A DNA stretch of 61,242 bases from a virus. Lineage: Duplodnaviria; Heunggongvirae; Uroviricota; Caudoviricetes. How positions within the stretch are numbered: position 1 is the first letter of the stretch; every line of letters begins with the position of its first letter. Where the stretch lies: the IMG/VR virus record IMGVR_UViG_3300031994_005355. One strand, written 5' to 3'. Below the pieces are notes generated by a model, which was not told where the DNA came from, searched no databases, and worked only from the letters and a program-made list of their open reading frames with translations. Both the position numbers and the translations under genes were made by a program. Below are positions 47,707 to 56,801 of this stretch, piece after piece.

Positions 47707-49641
47707 GTGCAAGTAACTGTAGCTATCGTCATAATGGCTGTTGCTATTTCTGTCTGTTTAGTTTTGTACTTCAAAAATCTAGCGACAGTACGTGAAATAG
47801 AAGGAGCTAATATACGTAGTGTTGAAGACCTCAACGCTTATGTAATAAAAGAGTTATCAGAACTAATAAAAGATAAAACTATAAAGTCTAAAAATGATAG
47901 AGAATATGAAATTGCACGTGAACGTAAAATAAGAATTGAAGAAGCGTTTACAAACTGTCTTGATGGTAAGATGGCTGATAAGAATATCATCAAAGACTTA
48001 ATAAGTAAAATAATTTCAACTAAGTTCAAAACATTTGCAGACTTAAATACTATATTTAACTTCGACCAACCTCAGGTGTTAAATGGTCATTATAAACTTG
48101 AAATCCTATTTGAGTATTTATATAATGATTACACACTTGATGCTATGTCCTATTTGATACACAAGTATAATCTTGATAGGACACGGTATGTTATTGAGGA
48201 TGGTACCGTACCTTCATACTTAATAACTAAAGAGGACATTGATGATATTTATGCAACAGAAATTCCATATGGTATAGATTACACTACTGCAATTTCTGTT
48301 GCATCAACAATTGTATACGAAGCCATAAAAGGTTTTGGGTGTGTGGATACATTACTTACAATGAATGTTGATGGACTTAATATAGGTACATCAGGTTCTA
48401 TTATGAATTCATCAACAAGTAATAAGTATCCAGCTACACAGTCTATCTGGTTATACTTTGAAGGTAAACACTTACATCTACGTTTCCTAGATATGATGCG
48501 TGAAGAGGAAGTTCGTAGAGTAATCACTCTGATTGCCCGTTACAACAATCCGGGACCTCTTACTGAGCGTCGTGGTTTCCTTGTAAATACAATGCATGAC
48601 CATTCTCGTGTGCTTGCATTGCGTCCTCCTGCATCTGAATACTGGGCAGTTTTCGTACGTAAATTCGTACTTAAGAATAAGACTCTTGAAGGACTTTTAG
48701 ATCCACAGGATACAGATCGTGAAACAGGTCAGCCTTTGTTTGATGATGAAGGTCAGCCTATTAAGAAGTATCATAATGCTTTCTTACCTATAAAACTTAT
48801 ACAGTTACACATGGAAGCAAAAGTTACGACTGCATTTACAGGACGTCAGGGTTCAGGTAAGACCACAACCATGTCAGCCTCAATTAAACCTGTGGATGGT
48901 CGTTATAATGTCCGTGTATTGGAACTTGCACCCGAGCTTTATCTTCGTGAGCTTTATCCTGAACGTAACGTATTATCTGTTGCAGAGACACCATACATTA
49001 CAGCAGAAATGTTACAGGATGCTCTTAAGAAATCTGATGCCGCATTGACAATCGTCGGTGAGGTTGCAACTAATGTCGTTGCAGCACGTATGCTTCAGAT
49101 GGGTCAGGTTGCTACTATCTTTACAATATTCTCACATCACGCAGTTACAACAGAAGACCTTGTACATGCTATTACAAACTCTGTCGTTGCTGACTCAGGT
49201 GGTACATTAAATCCTGAAACAGTTGAACCTCAGGTTCTTGAGGTTATAAAGGCTGATGTACATCAGGATTATGATACACATGGTAATCGTTATATTGAAC
49301 GTATAACTGAAATCATACGTTTGGACAATACACCTTATCCTCTACCTAATGATAATGAATCCTCTACATCTTATGATATACGATTACGTAAAGAATTCTA
49401 TGAACGTATGACTGACCGTAAGCATTTCGAAGTAAAAGACATAATACGTTTTGACCATACAACATTTACATATTATACTGTGAATATGTATTCACCTGAA
49501 TTGCTTAAACGTATTATGCACAACCTTGAAGATGATGTACGTGACAAGTGGCGTAAATGGTTGATAGATACTTGGAGTGGTAAGTATGATATCAATTGTT
49601 GTAAGCAATACCCACCACGTTACGTTATGGGTGAAGAATGA
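47707..49641 (+). CDS. tadA: TadA/CpaF pilus assembly ATPase
   Basis: Walker A AFTGRQGSGKTT, VLELAPEL (Asp box region), TIVGEV (Walker B), FSHHA (His box), R...RP in the N-terminal domain. Confidence 0.88.
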   Translation: MQVTVAIVIMAVAISVCLVLYFKNLATVREIEGANIRSVEDLNAYVIKELSELIKDKTIKSKNDREYEIARERKIRIEEAFTNCLDGKMADKNIIKDLISKIISTKFKTFADLNTIFNFDQPQVLNGHYKLEILFEYLYNDYTLDAMSYLIHKYNLDRTRYVIEDGTVPSYLITKEDIDDIYATEIPYGIDYTTAISVASTIVYEAIKGFGCVDTLLTMNVDGLNIGTSGSIMNSSTSNKYPATQSIWLYFEGKHLHLRFLDMMREEEVRRVITLIARYNNPGPLTERRGFLVNTMHDHSRVLALRPPASEYWAVFVRKFVLKNKTLEGLLDPQDTDRETGQPLFDDEGQPIKKYHNAFLPIKLIQLHMEAKVTTAFTGRQGSGKTTTMSASIKPVDGRYNVRVLELAPELYLRELYPERNVLSVAETPYITAEMLQDALKKSDAALTIVGEVATNVVAARMLQMGQVATIFTIFSHHAVTTEDLVHAITNSVVADSGGTLNPETVEPQVLEVIKADVHQDYDTHGNRYIERITEIIRLDNTPYPLPNDNESSTSYDIRLRKEFYERMTDRKHFEVKDIIRFDHTTFTYYTVNMYSPELLKRIMHNLEDDVRDKWRKWLIDTWSGKYDINCCKQYPPRYVMGEE

Positions 49642-51635
49642 ACCTAAGTATAGATCCTGTTAAAATCTATATGTACGGTATAGCTATCTTTGCATTCTTC
49701 TTTTCACGTTTAGTTTATAAACGCTGGTTCAGAAGGCTTTCAAAGAATAGAAAGTTCTCTGTAATGAGTGCAAGATACACATTCTATTCACACTTTATAC
49801 CGACAAAGTCACTGTTTAGTAGGTTATCTGAGAGAATTGCATCTCTTTCGATATACAACTATATGGAGATACGCTACAAAACTGTAGAAGTCTTCGAAGA
49901 CGCTCTTTTACCTGCAACAGGCATATTCCTATTTGTACTATTCACATTTAGGGATCTACTGTCAGCAGCACTATCTTTATTCTACGCCTTAACTGTCATT
50001 AATGCTAGTATTAATAAAAGTATCGATGAGGTTAATTCAGAAGAAGTAAGTCAAATGTCGGTTCTTCTGGGGCGTGTAAGAGAAGCCTATGTTAGAACAC
50101 ACTCAATACCTGATGCTTTAAGCACAATAAACGTACCTATAATTTTAGAGAGTCAAGTAGGTGAAATCCATGCAATGATGACTACAGTTGATGGAGGTAA
50201 CCAACTTGCTAGATTCTGTGAAAAGACACCTAGTCGTATTATGCGTACTTTTGCAACAACATGCTACCTTCGTAATGACTCTGGTGACGATGGAATAGAA
50301 GCCGGAGGCGTAACATTTACTGACGCACTAGCACTTATAAAAGATGAGGTTGATGCGGAACGTATACGTCTGTATAATCAAAAAGTTATGTTCCAGTCAC
50401 TAGATAAGTTACCTTGGGTACCTCTTGTAGCATATCCTTTAATTGTTGCAGCATATTCAAGAATTATACCTGCAACAAAAGGAGTCTTTGATGGATTCTG
50501 GGGTTACCTTATCAAGATCGTTGTTATGTTGACATCACTTATTTGTTACTATCTCTTGACTACTATAAATAATGCCTCTACAGCAGCCGTAGATGATCGC
50601 ATTTACTCTTACACTACATTATTGCAAAATCCTATAGTAAAGAAGTTTGCAGATAGTTTAGTACCTCATAATTACATAAAGTACCGTAAACTTAAAGACA
50701 AATTATCACACTGTTTATCTTCTAAGTCGCCAACGTATTTCTATTTAGAGAAATTTTTAAACATGTGTGTATTTACAGTCTTTTCGATTATCATGTCTAT
50801 GTTTATCATACAAATGTCAAAGAATGCTGTATATCATTCAGTTGAGTCTGCTTCCATGATGTCAATTATGGAAATGAATGAATTTCAAAAAGAAGCTTTG
50901 TTTGAATTTGATAAACAAATCTTAGCTGGTCCACCACCGAATAATGATGAAGGACAGCTAACCAGACAATTACAGGCTGTTATGCCCGGTGCTACTGATT
51001 TGGATATTGACTCTCAAGTCGAGCGTATAGAAACTAAATATAAAACTTATCATAACCTACATTTCTGGTGGTGGTTTGCATTTATTTACATCGCTGCTGG
51101 ATTCGCAGGTTGGATGTCCTCAAACTTACTTTTAAAATTGAGAGTAAGCTTGGTCAATGATGAGGCTATGCGTGATATATTACAGCTACAAACTGTAATA
51201 GCAATATTAATGAATACACAGCTTGACACCTTTTCAGTTATATACTGGTTAATGCGTTCAGCTGACATACATAAAGGTGTTCTTACTGAATGTTTCAATG
51301 AATATCCTAGTAACCCAGAAAGAGCGATACAACATATGGGATTTAATGCAGCACTTCCAGAATTCCAATCTATATGTGAAAAGCTAAAGTCTACAGTTTA
51401 TCAAATCACATTATTTGATGCTTTCGCAGACTTAGTTAAGGATAGACAAAGTATTCTTAAACTGCGTGAAATAGCACAAAATGATGAATTGAAAAGAAAA
51501 CGTATGCAGGCGTCGCCAATAGCAAAAGCTCCTATGATGGTTTGGATGTTTACATGTTTCATTCTACCAATTGTAATCGTTACAGTTAATTCTGCAATAC
51601 CAATGATACAAAAATTAGGAGACACGTTAGGATAA
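49638..51635 (+). CDS. Fused TadB/TadC-like inner-membrane platform protein
   Basis: 665 aa with two repeated units of TM helices plus cytoplasmic helical domains (SIPDAL...; LQTVIAILM...); follows tadA. Confidence 0.7.
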   Translation: MNLSIDPVKIYMYGIAIFAFFFSRLVYKRWFRRLSKNRKFSVMSARYTFYSHFIPTKSLFSRLSERIASLSIYNYMEIRYKTVEVFEDALLPATGIFLFVLFTFRDLLSAALSLFYALTVINASINKSIDEVNSEEVSQMSVLLGRVREAYVRTHSIPDALSTINVPIILESQVGEIHAMMTTVDGGNQLARFCEKTPSRIMRTFATTCYLRNDSGDDGIEAGGVTFTDALALIKDEVDAERIRLYNQKVMFQSLDKLPWVPLVAYPLIVAAYSRIIPATKGVFDGFWGYLIKIVVMLTSLICYYLLTTINNASTAAVDDRIYSYTTLLQNPIVKKFADSLVPHNYIKYRKLKDKLSHCLSSKSPTYFYLEKFLNMCVFTVFSIIMSMFIIQMSKNAVYHSVESASMMSIMEMNEFQKEALFEFDKQILAGPPPNNDEGQLTRQLQAVMPGATDLDIDSQVERIETKYKTYHNLHFWWWFAFIYIAAGFAGWMSSNLLLKLRVSLVNDEAMRDILQLQTVIAILMNTQLDTFSVIYWLMRSADIHKGVLTECFNEYPSNPERAIQHMGFNAALPEFQSICEKLKSTVYQITLFDAFADLVKDRQSILKLREIAQNDELKRKRMQASPIAKAPMMVWMFTCFILPIVIVTVNSAIPMIQKLGDTLG

Positions 51636-51639
51636 ATAA

Positions 51640-52212
51640 ATGACGTCTGAATTAATTGGATATATACCTGAAGATGCTGAAGTTCGTGAGATTCTCATGA
51701 ATGAAAACAGTGACGAAATCTTCTATATGTTCAAAGCAAATTTTCGAGGAATAGACATGGATGTCTCTATATCCTCGTACACTTATGATGGTGCCAAAGG
51801 TACTGTAAAAATTATAGGTTCATATTGTACAATGAAATGTACAGATGATGATGGTAAAACCGTACATGTACCCTACATATATGCAGTTGATATAAGTGAG
51901 GTAGATGATGATACACCGTTAACTAATAAAGTATCTTTCAATATAAGAATTACAAAGACTTATAAGTATCTAATTACTGAACAAGGATTAGAACTGCTAT
52001 TTTTATTTGGAACTGTACTTAATGTGTTTAATGGTATAGAAGTATATAAGATTTGTCTTAAAGGGGCTAATGCTAGAAAGTATAAAAATTGTGCCAAAGG
52101 TACAAGCTTTACCGCGACAGCATATCTTAAGAGTTATGGAAAAGGTATTGAGTTCATAGTGGACGAGATACTAGATGAAGAACAAGAAACAAAGTTAATG
52201 AAGGAGATTTGA
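51640..52212 (+). CDS. SSB-like protein (probably tandem OB folds)
   Basis: C-terminal half NKVSFNIRITKTYKYLITEQG...YKICLKGANARKYKNCAKGTSFTATAYLKSY...EFIVDEI follows the SSB strand pattern (N-x-V, T-x-x-G, W/x-G-x-x-A, KG-x-x-x-x-x-G/A-x-L). Confidence 0.5.
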   Translation: MTSELIGYIPEDAEVREILMNENSDEIFYMFKANFRGIDMDVSISSYTYDGAKGTVKIIGSYCTMKCTDDDGKTVHVPYIYAVDISEVDDDTPLTNKVSFNIRITKTYKYLITEQGLELLFLFGTVLNVFNGIEVYKICLKGANARKYKNCAKGTSFTATAYLKSYGKGIEFIVDEILDEEQETKLMKEI

Positions 52213-52216
52213 TTGT

Positions 52217-52870
52217 ATGAATATTCAGGAAGGTAAAGATACCTCGGAAGGCGGCGTTAGCTTACTGTTAGTTGTACTTGTTATAGCAGTGTTTGTAGCA
52301 CTTGCTGTATTTGGTTTGAACCTGTTCACAAAAGGACAGAACAGAATGTCACAGACTGCTGGTACTCTGGACTCAGCACAGTTCTCAGCTTATGATAATA
52401 AGATGATTACTGGTGATGAAGTTCTCTCAGCAGTACGTACATATCTTGCTCAGAATATTGTTATTGTTGTTGATAACAATAATGCAGACCTTGATGTAGT
52501 TACTGGTACAAAGGATGCTGGAGCAGATGCAGAACTTACTGTAATTTCTAAGTATCCTGATGATATTAAGACTCCTGCTGCATACAATGTAGGACTTAAA
52601 GCAGCACTTCAGTCAGCACCTGGTGAAACCAAACTTGTTTGGAATCATTTAGATGGTAGACTTTATGCAGCTAAGGCTCCTAATAATACTGAGAACTTAG
52701 CACTTACTTCTGAAAAGAATTCTAATATCAGACCTATTACATCTAAGGTTATCGGAACAGAAACATCTGCTTATTTCGTTGAGTCAGGTGCAAACTATTA
52801 TGCCGTTCTTATTAACGATCCTTCAACTAAGACAGTTAATGGTATCTGCTTTATAAGACAGGCAACCTAA
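52217..52870 (+). CDS. Pilin-like protein, candidate major pilin
   Basis: Short leader MNIQEG, then KDTSE and a long hydrophobic helix; YDNKMITGDEVLSAV motif; biased codon use (CTT/GGT/GCT/AAC); followed by a strong hairpin. Confidence 0.65.
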   Translation: MNIQEGKDTSEGGVSLLLVVLVIAVFVALAVFGLNLFTKGQNRMSQTAGTLDSAQFSAYDNKMITGDEVLSAVRTYLAQNIVIVVDNNNADLDVVTGTKDAGADAELTVISKYPDDIKTPAAYNVGLKAALQSAPGETKLVWNHLDGRLYAAKAPNNTENLALTSEKNSNIRPITSKVIGTETSAYFVESGANYYAVLINDPSTKTVNGICFIRQAT

Positions 52871-52879
52871 TAAAAACTC

Positions 52880-52918
52880 AGGTGTGTACTTCATGTGCAC
52901 ACCTTTGAAAGGATGTGG
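52880..52918 (+). promoter_or_regulatory. Hairpin+RBS-like motif copy 5
   Basis: AGGTGTGTAC-TTCAT-GTGCACACCT followed by TTGAAAGGATGTGG; 10 nt after the pilin stop. Confidence 0.6.
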
Positions 52919-52963
52919 TTAATAATCCTAAATAGTGAAAAATAAAAAGTGAGGATATAAAAT

Positions 52964-53575
52964 ATGCGTACAGACGAAGGCATTGAGATAACCGAACAAG
53001 GAGTCTCCTGCTTAGTTGCAGTAGTATTCTTGAGTATATTCATAATGATTTATGCATTCAACTATCAGATACAGCAAAGGTTTGAAGTTGAACAAAATGA
53101 AATCAAAAATAATCAAGAGTATGCAAAAGTTGCTGCTTATGATGGCTCGACTATAAATGGTCAGGATATTGTAAGCTTCATAACTACATACCGTGGAAGC
53201 ATACCTGTAATAATTACAGGAAGTTCAGCATCAACTATAGTGTACTGTTCAGACACTACAGAGTATGGAGCATTACGTGGTTCTTCGTCATACAAACTTT
53301 ATCGTATAAAGGATGATGGTAATAGTCTTGAATCAACACTTGGAACATTAGATAGTAATACAAGTGAAGTATTACCCTATCAAGAATTTGAAAATGGTAA
53401 AGCAAAATATGATGCCGCGACTGTAATTAAAAATCTACAGAATAGAATAAAAGATTACAGACATACATCTCTTGGTGCTACAGATGGATTATATGGTAAT
53501 TGGGAAGCGACAATGTGGTATGAAGACTCTACATGTAGACTTCCAGGAGCATTAGTGGTAAAGGTGGTTGGTTAA
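52964..53575 (+). CDS. Pilin-like protein (paralog 2)
   Basis: MRTDEG-IEITEQGVSCLVAVVFL...; YDGSTINGQDIVSFI motif paralogous to 52217. Confidence 0.65.
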   Translation: MRTDEGIEITEQGVSCLVAVVFLSIFIMIYAFNYQIQQRFEVEQNEIKNNQEYAKVAAYDGSTINGQDIVSFITTYRGSIPVIITGSSASTIVYCSDTTEYGALRGSSSYKLYRIKDDGNSLESTLGTLDSNTSEVLPYQEFENGKAKYDAATVIKNLQNRIKDYRHTSLGATDGLYGNWEATMWYEDSTCRLPGALVVKVVG

Positions 53576-54147
53576 TGAACACACAAGAAGGTACAGATCT
53601 ATCTAAAGGTGGCGTAGCATTACTAATGGCAGTAATTGCTATATCTTCAATCGCATCATTATTCTTCTTCTTAAACACACGAACAAACAATTATATGGCA
53701 CGACAGATAGATGCAAAGAATACTTCTTTAAGTACAGCATTACGTGAGTTAAGTTATGAAGACCAAGTGCCAGTACAAAGTGTATACTCTACACTGACTC
53801 AAATAAAAGATCCTGAATTAGAATTTATTGCTATTGTAACTAGCAATACAGGTTCACCTACGGTAAATGTATATACCTATCAATATGAGAATGAGAGTGA
53901 GACATCACAGCGTTTAACTAAACTAAAAGATGATTTAAATAATACTGTGTTGAATGGTATTAGTCAACGTTACAAACCATCTGGACGTTATGTTGAAGAT
54001 GCTTGTGCATACCTACATAAGAATATAACTAAGTATGCTAAAGTATACTACACAGCAAAAGAAGTAGATAATACAACTAATACAGTATTACCTGCATATC
54101 TTGTTATAGTAATAGATCCAAATAAAGTAGTAGGAGCCGGGACATAA
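53575..54147 (+). CDS. Pilin-like protein (paralog 3)
   Basis: MNTQEG-TDLSKGGVALLMAVIAI...; TAATG overlap. Confidence 0.65.
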   Translation: MNTQEGTDLSKGGVALLMAVIAISSIASLFFFLNTRTNNYMARQIDAKNTSLSTALRELSYEDQVPVQSVYSTLTQIKDPELEFIAIVTSNTGSPTVNVYTYQYENESETSQRLTKLKDDLNNTVLNGISQRYKPSGRYVEDACAYLHKNITKYAKVYYTAKEVDNTTNTVLPAYLVIVIDPNKVVGAGT

Positions 54148-54860
54148 TGAAAGAACCAATTGATGCTATTTTTGATTTAATAATGACTGTTCTAATTCTT
54201 ATGATAGGACTATTTAATATATCACAGTATGCAGTTTGGGTTAATTCAAATGTATTTGCAGATGTCGCACATGATAAGATAAAAGCTGCATCAACTTACA
54301 CAGAACCTAAATTATCTGATTATACACTTACAGCGGAACAAGTTGCATATATGGTACATTTTAAAAGAAATGACTTTACAATGGCTTGCCCAACTTTGTG
54401 CTTAGATTTACCTGTACAAAAAGGAAGCTCCACAACTAATAAAATATACGTAGAACCTATGCGTGGTATACAGTGGACAGGATATGTACAAGGTGAACTA
54501 TTAAGGAATCAGATAGGACATAATTTGTATTATGGTGATAAGTATAAAATCATTGCCCGTCAATGGAGACCTGAAGATGGTGGATTCGCTATGAACGGAC
54601 ACGTCATATATCCCATTGAATGTGCTATAACAAATCAAGAAGCAGCTGAAAGAACTAATCCTATGTTTGGTATTTCAGGTGTGGATTACTTTATGACTAA
54701 AGACGAAATCATAGATGGTGTTAGCACTAAAGTAGTTGTCAATAATGAAAAGTCAAATGTCATCTTTGGTAAAGATGAAGAAGGTAATGTAATGATTGGC
54801 GGTGGTGACGACCCATACTATGGTTGGAGAATTTGGACAATTGTCCCTAAAGAGGATTAA
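54147..54860 (+). CDS. Minor pilin-like protein
   Basis: N-terminal hydrophobic helix; YTLTAEQVAYMV resembles the pilin paralog motif. Confidence 0.5.
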   Translation: MKEPIDAIFDLIMTVLILMIGLFNISQYAVWVNSNVFADVAHDKIKAASTYTEPKLSDYTLTAEQVAYMVHFKRNDFTMACPTLCLDLPVQKGSSTTNKIYVEPMRGIQWTGYVQGELLRNQIGHNLYYGDKYKIIARQWRPEDGGFAMNGHVIYPIECAITNQEAAERTNPMFGISGVDYFMTKDEIIDGVSTKVVVNNEKSNVIFGKDEEGNVMIGGGDDPYYGWRIWTIVPKED

Positions 54861-54862
54861 AT

Positions 54863-55210
54863 ATGAATTACGAGAATGTGCCTACAAACACAATTAGTAT
54901 TGATGAACATATAAATAATCTGGTTCAGGATAGTCGTACATTAGTGTATGATTTAGCTCAATCGGATGCTTTAAATTATGATGTTATCGAATTTAAAGCA
55001 GATATACCGGAGCGTCCTGAGCCAGAACTGTTCGTATCTATGGTAATGCGTTGGGTTGAAATATCACAATTATATAATAAACCAATACGAGTATACGCAT
55101 ACGTAAACAATAATAAATCAGAGAAGTATATACAAAGACTTGTATCTTCTCGTGAAGATATTTCAGTAACAATAATACCATATTATTTGAGAAAGAGGAC
55201 TACTAGATGA
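54863..55210 (+). CDS. Hypothetical cytoplasmic protein in pilin cluster
   Basis: 115 aa, SD AGAGG, no TM. Confidence 0.65.
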   Translation: MNYENVPTNTISIDEHINNLVQDSRTLVYDLAQSDALNYDVIEFKADIPERPEPELFVSMVMRWVEISQLYNKPIRVYAYVNNNKSEKYIQRLVSSREDISVTIIPYYLRKRTTR

Positions 55211-55701
55211 AAGATTTAGCTGGTAAGTTTATAGGATTTATTCTTGCCTTTTTCTTAGCTGTTATTGCGATACCTGTTAATCGTGCATCACAGCAAGAGA
55301 TGCTTACTCGTAGACAAGTAGTGACTGAAATGAATAACTTCTTAGATGAAGTGGTGGACTCAAAACAGTACACACCTCAGATGCGTAAAGAGTTGGTCAC
55401 AAGATTGAATGCTTATGGTGTTGCAATGGATTTTACTGTTGTAAAAGAACAAAGATCAGTCGATGCTTCAATAAATCCAGATGGTGCATTAAGTGTTGAT
55501 ACTGGTACAGCAGTAGTCCGTTATATAAGAGTGCCCATGGATGATATGGGTGAGAATGACATCATAAAATTTCAAACAGGAGACAGAGTAGGTATTGAAG
55601 CACATAATTTGACAATAAGTACAACACAATATTTAGCACATTATCTAGCTGGATTGTTTGTACCACCATTCAGATATGCGCTTTATGAAAGAGTAAGGTA
55701 A
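55207..55701 (+). CDS. TadE-like minor pilin
   Basis: N-terminal TM; FLDEVVDSKQYTPQM...LNAYG resembles pseudopilins of clostridial tad-like loci. Confidence 0.5.
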   Translation: MKDLAGKFIGFILAFFLAVIAIPVNRASQQEMLTRRQVVTEMNNFLDEVVDSKQYTPQMRKELVTRLNAYGVAMDFTVVKEQRSVDASINPDGALSVDTGTAVVRYIRVPMDDMGENDIIKFQTGDRVGIEAHNLTISTTQYLAHYLAGLFVPPFRYALYERVR

Positions 55702-56801
55702 TGACAAGATTTAATATTCTTTTTACGATTATACCTCTGCTTTTTATAACGTATTGGTACACTTCAATTGTACACCTTCATACAAATGAAGTAGAGGCTC
55801 TAAATACATATATGTTAAGTCTTCAAGTAAATAATGCTGCAGACGCTGCAGTAGAAGAATTACGTATGTATTCAGAGAACACAGATATTGACTATATGAC
55901 TGCATCAATAAATGTAGACCCTACTGCAGCAGTAAATGAGTTTGAGTCAATGATGTGCAATAACTTACAGCTCCCTATCACTAGGGACACAATGGATTTC
56001 GTTGCAAATAATTATATCAAGATTCTTTTAATTTGTATTGACAATGGTTTCTATACTTATATGAACCAAGGTGTGAACAGTACAAAGAAAGCATTTATAT
56101 CTTATCCTATGCTACCTTATACTGGACATTTAAATTTATACGATCCAGCGGATGAAGGTATCATTGATGATTCTGAAGATAAATTATATGCAATGACAAT
56201 TCCATGTGATAAGTTATATGAGTGTACTTATGCAGAAAATGAAGCAGGAGCAATAAGTGTACAAGCAGTAACTACTGTTAAGAATGGTGCAGAAGTATAT
56301 GTTCCGTCACCTTCAGTTAAACAGCAAATGCGTGATAGTATAAACGACAGTGTTGAATACTTCTTACGTTCTGCTATCTATGAAACATATTCAAGTTCAG
56401 AACCAAGTACAGTCATCATGCCTTCCGGAGTAGATACAATTCATGGTGGACAGGGTATTGATGGTCCTACTGTATTTGCAGTAGTAGATACAACACATGA
56501 AAACAGAAATCCATATAAAGCAGCATTCGGTGTTGGTGGTTCATCTGTAATTAAGAATGACCCTATCGTAGCATGGATAGAACCTGCATCTGATTCACAA
56601 CCCTATGCACGTAAGTATTGGGCATGGCAATCACAACTTGAAGATCGTGGTTGGATGGACAAAGACGGTGATGGAAATTACAAAGATCCTGAACATGCAC
56701 AGATGTTACAGAATGCAGTTATCTTTTCTACACCATTTGAAGCAGCAGAACATGGATATAACCAATCGTGGGAGGTGAGTGCATATCATGCAAAAGATTA
56801 G
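55701..56801 (+). CDS. TadG/TadE-like large minor pilin
   Basis: N-terminal TM; VNNAADAAV helix and IDNGFYTY motif; last gene before the giant adhesin-like ORF. Confidence 0.45.
   Translation: MTRFNILFTIIPLLFITYWYTSIVHLHTNEVEALNTYMLSLQVNNAADAAVEELRMYSENTDIDYMTASINVDPTAAVNEFESMMCNNLQLPITRDTMDFVANNYIKILLICIDNGFYTYMNQGVNSTKKAFISYPMLPYTGHLNLYDPADEGIIDDSEDKLYAMTIPCDKLYECTYAENEAGAISVQAVTTVKNGAEVYVPSPSVKQQMRDSINDSVEYFLRSAIYETYSSSEPSTVIMPSGVDTIHGGQGIDGPTVFAVVDTTHENRNPYKAAFGVGGSSVIKNDPIVAWIEPASDSQPYARKYWAWQSQLEDRGWMDKDGDGNYKDPEHAQMLQNAVIFSTPFEAAEHGYNQSWEVSAYHAKD

Noticed and set aside
52913-52945. Ten-codon ORF MWLIILNSEK after the pilin hairpin
   Set aside because: Its ATG lies inside the SD-like motif with no spacing, and it is too short to support.
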